A stretch of DNA of 63,238 nt, counting the filler, from Nemertoderma westbladi (taxonomy: Eukaryota; Animalia; Xenacoelomorpha): assembly GCA_032718475.1 (NCBI GenBank). It is 3 parts of 3 records of this genome, joined end to end, with 100 filler letters (N's around TTAATTAATTAA, not from the genome) between each part and the next. Parts side by side here need not be neighbours in the genome. Positions count along the whole stretch, not along the records: positions 48,675 to 63,238 come from JAUCBJ010006952.1; 2 more parts are not named here. One strand, written 5' to 3'. The notes under the pieces were generated by a model. It saw only the letters and a list, made by a program, of their open reading frames with translations. It had not been told where the DNA came from and did no database searches. Positions 55,509 through 63,238 of this stretch are shown here, piece by piece; the stretch's first letter is position 1, and every line of letters begins with the position of its first letter. Made by a program: the position numbers and the translations under genes.

Positions 55509-56549
55509 ATGACGAGCTTTTTATTGCTCTTAGAATGTGAATCCAACAGGGAGGGAAGAGTCTTTTGAGATAGAAGAAATCCTTTAGATACTCTAATCGA
55601 CAGAGAAATTCTTCAAAATTACAGATTTACTCGTGATTGAATTTGTAAGTTGCTTGATACTTGTGGAAAAAAATTGGAATACAAGACCAAACGAAATTAT
55701 ACCCTTCCTTCCATTGCTAGTTTGATGATTACGTTGCGATTCTATGCCACTGGCATCCATCATAATGTGTTTGGAGAAATTTTTGGAGTAGAGTGGTCTA
55801 CAGTGTGCAAAGTTGTGAGCAGAGTGACATCCGTTATAATGGGTGAATTGAATAACTGTGTAAAATTCCCAACCAGTGAAAGTAATATACTTACGGTGAA
55901 ACAAGGTTTCCATTCATTGTGCAACATGCCTGGTGTTCTTGGAGCGATTGATTGTACTCATGTTCGTTTGTATAAGGCACCATTGAAAGATACTGAACCA
56001 TTCTATATAAACCAAATGGGAGTTAATTCAATTAATGTGCAATTAATTTGCAACGCAAATTACGTTATCGAAAATGTAGTTGCACATTGGCCAGGAAGTG
56101 TCAACGACAACTTTGTATTTACCACCAGTTCTATCAGTCGTAAGTTAGAGGAATGCCGTGGCAATGATGGTTTTCTCATTGGGGACAGTGGCTACTACCA
56201 ACGCCCATGGCTATACATACCATATGATAACCCATCTACAGAACCTGAAATGGCATACAACAGGTGTCATCACCGAGGTCAGTGTGAAATTGAGCAAACG
56301 AATGGACAACTAAAACATAAGTTTCCATGTTTAGCATATGGGTTAAGACTACATCCAGAAAGAATATGCAACGTTATTATGGCCTGTGTTGTTCTAAACA
56401 ACTGTTGAAAGGGCTATGGTGAACCAGAACACAATGATGTTCCACAAGGCATAATAACTGAAGGATCATTTAATACTGGTGACCACCGATGTGAACCTGG
56501 ATTTCCTTCTATGAACAGAGATTTATTTGTCCAAAATTATTTCAATTAG
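55509..56549 (+). pseudogene. Harbinger (HARBI1-like) DDE transposase with three in-frame TGA stops
   Basis: RVF*DR.NPL, YRF, LRFYATG, GAIDCTHV, SINVQLIC, WPGS, GDSGY, IEQTNGQLKHKFPCL, ACVVLNN; 347-codon frame. Confidence 0.9.
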
Positions 56550-56627
56550 AGTTAGACAGATAGCAACTGAAAAATATATAGTTTCTGGGAATTTAAAATG
56601 TACAGTTTATTCAATATTACTCACAAT

Positions 56628-59600
56628 CAAGGACAACTCTTATACAGGACTGGCATAGCTAAAATTCGGATACAGCTAGCAGGAAGCAGTATTCTGCTAT
56701 TGGTAGGCCTAGGTAGTTCTGCAGATAACATAGTACAGGAGTAGGCAGTAGATTGCTCGGAACTGACGTATTATTACTGTATTATTGTTTTTCATTTTTA
56801 CATTACCAGTACACCATTTTAATCTGTTAATTAATACTATTAATATAGTAACAATATAGTGAAACACTGCTGTGTTTTCGGTTGCAAGAGCAACTACAAA
56901 TCTACGTCGGAATCTGTCGGCATAATTAAACTTCCATCCGATTCCGCCAATAGAGAGCGTTACCACCTCGCCGTGATGAGTTCAACCGCCCTTATGTTTA
57001 TAACGCAAATAGTTTTATTTGCGTAAAACATTGGCCAGGGTTCTCAGATGGAAGCGTTGCGAAGAAGGTTTGTCCAGGAGGTCGCTACTGACCCACGATC
57101 CCTCCATCCTTCTTCCCCAATGTTCCTTCATCCTGCTTACCAACTACGACTCCCACCAAACAGCGACAACTTCCAACAGCAGCGGGATGGCAGACTGAAT
57201 CCTTCCAAAGGCGTGACTGCATATCACAATTCTCTGACATCGAAGATCAACTGACGAGCTTCCTTCGTGGTTTGAAACTCAGTACGGATTTGTTTCATTC
57301 CCCGATTACCAACGCAGAGTTCCTAATGCACATATTTGCACATATTTTAGTATAAAGGAAGTGTCAACCTGATCCAGTGCCAGCAGACTCTGACCGATGT
57401 GTATGTCACTGCCATATCCAACCTGGGCTCCACATTCCATCTCGGCTACTGCCTTTCGCCAAATAACCAACTGTCATACTGGTCGCAGCTAGAGGAGGTT
57501 ATTGCAAACATATGGCGTTTCATTCCTAACCTGGAACAGAACCTTATAGCTGCCAATAAATACATTGATGAAGCGATCGCTATCAACGATTCCAACGGTG
57601 ACTGAATCTTGGCTTGCTAAATACTGAACATCTTGCGATATATTGAATAAAACAAAATTTGAAATATTTTTTACTTTAGTAGGTCTAGGCCTATTTTATA
57701 TGTATAAATTTTAATTGTACATATTAAAACTACCTATTATTAATTAACAATAATTTTTGTAAATCAGATTAATTTTAATTTTTTTTAATAAATAACTATT
57801 TTTTCAAGCATTTATAAAATATTGATAGCAAGATTGCAATATTCAGCCACCGTAGCTCCAGATTCTAACCAGAAGATGTTGGAGAAGAGTGGCCAGTTAA
57901 AGTTTATTTCGCGGCAGTTGAGTTTACACGTTACAAAATCCTTCAACACCAAACATTATCTTATAGCTGCTGAAGGTTATCCTCACTTATGCTATAAAAC
58001 ATTACGTGAACTGGCGATTTTGCCAAGCGAAAGGAAAATCCGTGACTTAAAGAATAGGGTCTCTGGTGAACTTATTATTAAAGCTGCAATTAATAAGACC
58101 ACTAATCCATTACAGAAATATATCGGGATACTAATAGACGAGATTCATTATATCAGGGGCATTCAGTGTTTGGTTATGCTGAGGATGTGCCAGAGAGTTT
58201 AGCCACCTCCGTCCTCTGCATCATGTTGAAATTGCTACATAGTGGTCACTCAGCTATGGTTTCACTGACACCAGTATCTCACTTAACAGCTGAATCCAAA
58301 TTTGCCAATACGGAGGACATTCTGTGGCAGTTGTATATGATAACCTTTGTGTCAACCAGGCATTCCTCAAACTCTTTGCTGGTTAGTCTTCTCTTAAACC
58401 GTGGATTGTACACCATCCATTAGAACTTGAAAATAATCTATTCCTACTCAACGTGTTGCACGTTTGGAAGTGCCTTAGAAATAACTCGATTACAGAATCA
58501 ACAAAGCAACTAACGGTTGCAGATAATACTGGCTGCTGGAAACACGTAGAGGAATTATATAAGAAGGAATCCAACTCTATATTAAAGTCAACAACACTCA
58601 CAAACACTGCAGTTTATCCTACTCCCCTCCAACGTCAGAATGTTCAACTGGTTGTTAAGGTTTTTTCAGATCGAACAATAGCAGCATTGAGGACTTCTGG
58701 CATTGACAACGTTGATGGTACTATATACATACTTCGCACGTTTCTTAATTGGTGGAAGGTTGTTAATGTAAAATCGATTGGAGAGTTCAAGCGCTTTAAC
58801 GATCCTTATAGGGAAGCTGTAACTGGTCCGAACTGTGAGACATTGACGTGGTTGAATGACTTTGGCGAGTTATTCAAACAAATATCTCCCGCAACTGGAC
58901 CTCGCCGAATTTGAACCCTAACGCCCGACACTTAGTTAGCCATTGTTAGATCCACCTTCGGGCTTATAGATCTATCCCGATACCTTCTAAAACGAGGGTT
59001 CAAATACATTCTTCTAGGAACTCTTCTAGGAGACAGATTCTCTAAAAGGCGAGTTTGGTATTTACCATGGAGCCAGCGGCAGCAATATGTTCGTTTCACA
59101 TAAAGATGTTTTATCTGGGTTTTATAGCCGCAGTATTAGAAAGCTGGCTCAGTTCAATGCGCTGCCCCACAAAGAACATTTTCGTCAATGTGAGTATTGT
59201 ACTTCGGAAATCTGTGAGGATGCTCTTCAATCCATAGAATCATTGTGGGAGTTGGTTGAAGAGTCGACCATTGAATTGTGCCAGAGTTCTGTCTATGTCG
59301 CTGGATATATGACATTGAAGCTTCCTGAACTAGACAACAGTTCTGGCCCAGTCTTAACACCGAATTTCTCAAAGAATTGTGGAGGGGGTGTTTGGTTGTT
59401 GCCTGTTGCGACATTGTATTCTGGGTTACTGCGTCTTCTGTATGGCTGGAAAACGCTTCACCTGGGTCAATAATGTGCTACAAGCAGTTGTCAATGGTGA
59501 CGTCACTCATCGCACCAAATTACCATATATCTGTTTGCGATAAATAATAAATAGATAATAGATAATGCTTGCAAACACTCTTCTTAACGGTCTCCAGAAA

Positions 59601-59687
59601 AGAAATGCGGACAACGCAGAGAAAGAATCCAGAAAACGTACTGTGACGCAAGGAACTGAATCGAAATCTTCAGTAAAACGTGCTTAA
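56628..59687 (+). mobile_element. Degraded P-element (THAP9-like) transposon
   Basis: Possible left end CAAGGACAACTC (56628); THAP domain KHCCVFGCKSNY...FICVKHW (~56860-57035); transposase motifs LPSERKIR, ILIDEI, HVWKCLRNN, YPTPLQRQNVQLVVKVFS, NWWKVVNVK, FKYILLG; many frameshifts; right end missing. Confidence 0.85.
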
Positions 59688-61239
59688 CCCTATTAAACCC
59701 GGGGGGGGGGGGGGGGGGGGGGTCAATATGAACCCCTCCCCCCCCCCCCCCCCCGTGGTTTTTTTATTATAATTCTGAAACAAACACAGTTGGGAATCTG
59801 AAATTGTATGACTTTTCCTAAAAGTCTATTGTCTTCCTAGTAGTGAAAACCGTTTTCAAAAATATTGGGTAGTTTTCGAGTTATAGCACCATTTTTTAAC
59901 CCTACTTTTGGCACTTTTTTGAGACATTTTTTGAATATTACATTTCATTAAATATTAATTGTAACATCTCTATTTTTGATTTATACCGGTTTTTTGGTGT
60001 TAGCAATTGGATGGAATTTATATAAATTGATTTAGAAATTTCAAACTTGTTTTTTTCAGCGGGTGCCAAATTTTGGTGCCAGCACCAAATTTTGAAATAT
60101 GTCAATTTTGTAAATTGATTGTTTGAAATTTGTTTTTTACGCAATTGGGGTTTTTTGGGTTCTGGTTTCGATGAAATATATACGAGTTGCACCAAGCGTA
60201 TCAGTCTTGTATTTTTCGGTGCTGTGTGCAAATTTTGGTGCTAGCACGAAGTTTTGAAAATCCATTAAATAAAATTGCTTGTGACAATTTATTTCTTGCA
60301 TTTTAGAGGTTTATGGCTGTTCTGAATTCAATGGAATATATAATTATCGAACTAGACATCTCAAACTTGTATTTTTCGGAAGTGGGTGCAAAATGTGGTG
60401 CTAGCACCAAATTTTGAAAACCATCAAATATATCAATTGATTGTGTCATCATGTTTCTTGCGTTATACGGGTTTGTTAGGGTTCTGAATTCAATGGAATC
60501 AGTAAAAATTTCATAAGAGTTTTCAAACTTGTATTTTTCGCCGGTGTGTGAAAATTGTTGTACCAAATATTTTGGAAAATGAGTAAATTGATCAGTAGAT
60601 AGTGTCATCTTGTTTCTTGCGTTATACGGGTTTATGAGGGTCCTGAATCCGATGGAATCAATAAAAACAGCACTGGACATCGCAAACTTGTACTTTTTGG
60701 TGATGGGTACGAAATTTGATGCTAGCACCAAAATTTGCCAAATTACGACGAAAAATACAAGTAGCAATGATCTGGCATATTTGAAATGTATTCCATTAGA
60801 ATCAGCGCCCTAGAAAACCTAAACATGTGAATTTATAGCATCGTATAAGTGAATTAAAAATTTTGTGTTCTAACTGAAAAGTACTGGTTACTTGTTTTTT
60901 TCATTTTTTTCCTACGCATAGAGGACTAAACAGCCATTTATGGTAATCATATCATTTTTAAATATTTTCCAATGTATTTTGCGCCCCAGAAAACCTGTAT
61001 TGAAAAACAATTAGCCGAAAAATGTAACTTTCAAATTTTGTGAAAATTGTGCACTACTTGTAATTTTGGTGCTGCAATACTACCACCCCAGTACATTTTT
61101 TCGAAATTTTTTTTTTCGGTCGGATCCTGACTAGTAATACCTACGTACAAACAATCAGACGTTTTAGTTAATATTTGTAGATTTTAGGATTTTAGATGAC
61201 CCTATTTGTACAGCATTTTATAACCCGGTACTAATAGGG
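59688..61239. mobile_element. piggyBac-type non-autonomous element
   Basis: TTAA on both sides (59684-87, 61240-43); imperfect TIR CCCTATTAAACCCGGG vs CCCTATTAGTACCGGG; about five internal ~160-bp repeats (60040-60800). Confidence 0.8.
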
Positions 61240-61243
61240 TTAA

Positions 61244-62065
61244 GGTTGACAACATAGAGTAGGGAAGGTCATTAATAACCATGCCATTGCTATTTGCTGG
61301 GTTCGAGTTTTTCTTTTGGTTTTCAAAGCCCTGTATGATAGCTTCAGCAAGGATCTTTAATGTTGTATCAATAGATTTCAGTGATTCAAGATCCTCGCCT
61401 TCTATGGCTAAGATATCAGCAGCTGTTGTCTTCTTTGCCACTGAAGTTTTATTTGATGTTGAACTTTTCTGAAATGTAGGAGTAGTATATGATCTAATAG
61501 CGATAACATCCAGCATGGATATTTGTGATGATGCATGAATTTGTTGTAACTGGCATTGAGCAACTGGATGATGGCCATCATTTTCACTCACCTCATCATC
61601 AAGTTGAACACTCATAGATCACTGCAATCGGTTTCATTTTCTGGATGGTCGGATCGCGCTGGTTCCACTCCTGACTCACCATCCTCAAATCCTACGATGC
61701 CGTATTGCATCTCCTTCACTACAACATCCAGAACATTTTCGTACAACGCATTGGATACAGGTCTCGGTCCACCTCCTTTCCTACTGAAATTTTGTTTGTA
61801 CTTCCTGGCATCTGACGACAGATCCTGCCATTTCCATTTCTTCTTGGCCATTTTTAAATCTCACACGCCAACACCACACACAAGCTGTAATTTTGTCTGC
61901 CGTTTTCGCCCAGTATTTCCTTTTAACCTTCTCAATACCGGCACAAGACTTATTAGCAGTACCAAACAGCTTTGGTTTGTATTCCTGAATGCACTGCAGA
62001 AGCACTGCAATTTCTTCCTTTGACCAATTCGGTGATTTTCTCTTTGTTGCCATTTGGTCATTCAC
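61244..62065 (-). pseudogene. Harbinger Myb/SANT-like DNA-binding protein (frameshifted)
   Basis: RKSPNWSKEEIAVLL...LFG...KRKYW, then KKKWKWQDL...KGGGP, split over three ORFs. Confidence 0.8.
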
Positions 62066-63238
62066 TCATGCGATACTAGTAGGCCTAAGCCTTGTATGAT
62101 AATCGTTGCTCTATGTAGAACATTCTAGAACAAAAGATAATTTTGTTCTTGTGTTCATCTTAGTACTGTATGTCGATTTTCATCTTATGTTCCAATTTTG
62201 AACAAGTTAGCTATGAATTTAAATGTTCCAATTTTGAACAAGTTAGCTATGAATTTAATGAAGTTGTGTAATCGAATAATTTTTTTTAATTTTTTTTTTA
62301 TTAGTTATTTATTATGGTTGCTAGTAAATTTGTAAGGTACTGTTAGCTAGTGTTTTAAAAACGCCAAAAATGCAGAAACCGAAACATATATTTGAAATGT
62401 TTTTATGTATTTTCTGTCTTTTATATCATTCAGAAACATTGTTAAACTAAACCACAATGAAAAACACTACCATAATAACAAACAATATCGCTCACAAAAC
62501 TCTCGATTGTTTGAAAACGAATTTAACATGATCAAAAAATGAATTAAATGAATTAATATTAAAATTCATTCATATTTCGTTAGTGGTCAACATTTTGATA
62601 AAAAAAATCAACCAAAATGGTCACACTATGCCTACTGGTATCCGGAATTATAAGGGTGTACAAATAAAAACGGAAACGTTCTCCAATAAAGGGGGATACT
62701 GTAGGAAGTATACAATGGAAATGTGTGTTTTTTAATTACACGTTTAACAATAATATGCTAAATAATATTAACAGTAGTGTTGTTGTCACGGACACGACGT
62801 AATTTCAACCTACGATTGATCGTAAATTATTTACGATTAATCGTAGTGAAGATACGTTCGATTCACAATAGCAATACGATTAATCTTTTTCACGATTAAC
62901 ACAGTTTTCATATTTCTACGATCAATCTTGACAACGTGCAATTTTATTCACATCAAACATACGAATAATCTTTGCAACGATTAATCGTAAAAATAGTACA
63001 AATGAGAATTGATCGTACGATGGCGATTTAATATTTCTTTCTCCACTTGCATATAGCTTGCATATACAGAAGCAACTGCAGAAATAATTATTATGCACAA
63101 CTGGCGACAGTGAATAGATAAGTTCTTAGTTCTTTAACCTTAACGATATGGAAATTTTAAAAATAATCCCTTCTAATTAGATCAAAATAAGAGGTCTGAA
63201 GACCCACTTCGCGAAACTGAAAGAAATTTAAATTTGAC

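Larger units (their letters stand above)
53851..63030. mobile_element. PIF/Harbinger DNA transposon with nested insertions
   Basis: Convergent transposase and Myb/SANT genes; inverted subterminal arrays of ACGATTAATCGT and GATGTGAATAAAAT at 53851-54100 and 62800-63030; exact right terminus not found. Confidence 0.75.
52833..63200 (+). pseudogene. Pentameric ligand-gated (Cys-loop-type, anion-channel-like) subunit pseudogene; exons ~52833-52940, 53155-53304, ~53442-53636, 63057 to ~63200
   Basis: DPTL...FEPEIII; RLTLKISYKVSSEMNI; M1-M2 TMLKMTMFFERQSLNYIIYTHFPAMVTVSTGCLTFWLDITHTNARASLSIMAFL AG|gtaagt; phase-matched atatag|C at 63057 giving SLHIQ...IDKFLVL; in-frame stops and a frameshift. Confidence 0.65.

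Noticed and set aside
63196-63220. Hammerhead ribozyme core CTGAAGA...CGAAAC
   Set aside because: Stem II cannot form (C opposite C) and no stem I/III partners are visible.

Overview
Repeat-rich eukaryotic DNA, most likely an invertebrate animal (spliceosomal GT-AG introns, LINEs, SINEs, LTR and DNA transposons). It is three contigs joined by artificial 100-bp linkers (44N-TTAATTAATTAA-44N at 28465-28564 and 48575-48674), so adjacency across these points is not evidence. Host genes: an intronless CHFR E3 ligase (9368-11266, -); four exons of GTP cyclohydrolase I (GCH1, 41676 to 29508, -; last exon not on the contig); and a pseudogenised Cys-loop-type ligand-gated channel (52833 to ~63200, +). 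Mobile DNA is heavily nested. A CR1/L2-group LINE sits inside a second LINE, which is itself hit by an LTR element (second copy at 44530). A Harbinger contains a HINE-like element, a P element and a piggyBac-type MITE. There are also CRE, RTE and BEL/Pao relics. Most unusual: (1) the inner LINE ORF2 begins with ~400 stop-free codons of multi-pass-membrane-like sequence, joined through a 2A-like GDIHHNPGP motif to endonuclease-RT, next to an SGNH-esterase ORF1; (2) an LTR-terminated element encodes a DEDDy 3'-5' exonuclease plus three CCHC knuckles and has a hairpin-packed LTR; (3) two GCH1 introns each begin with a tandem array that multiplies the splice donor. All calls are by-eye motif recognition; no database searches were run.
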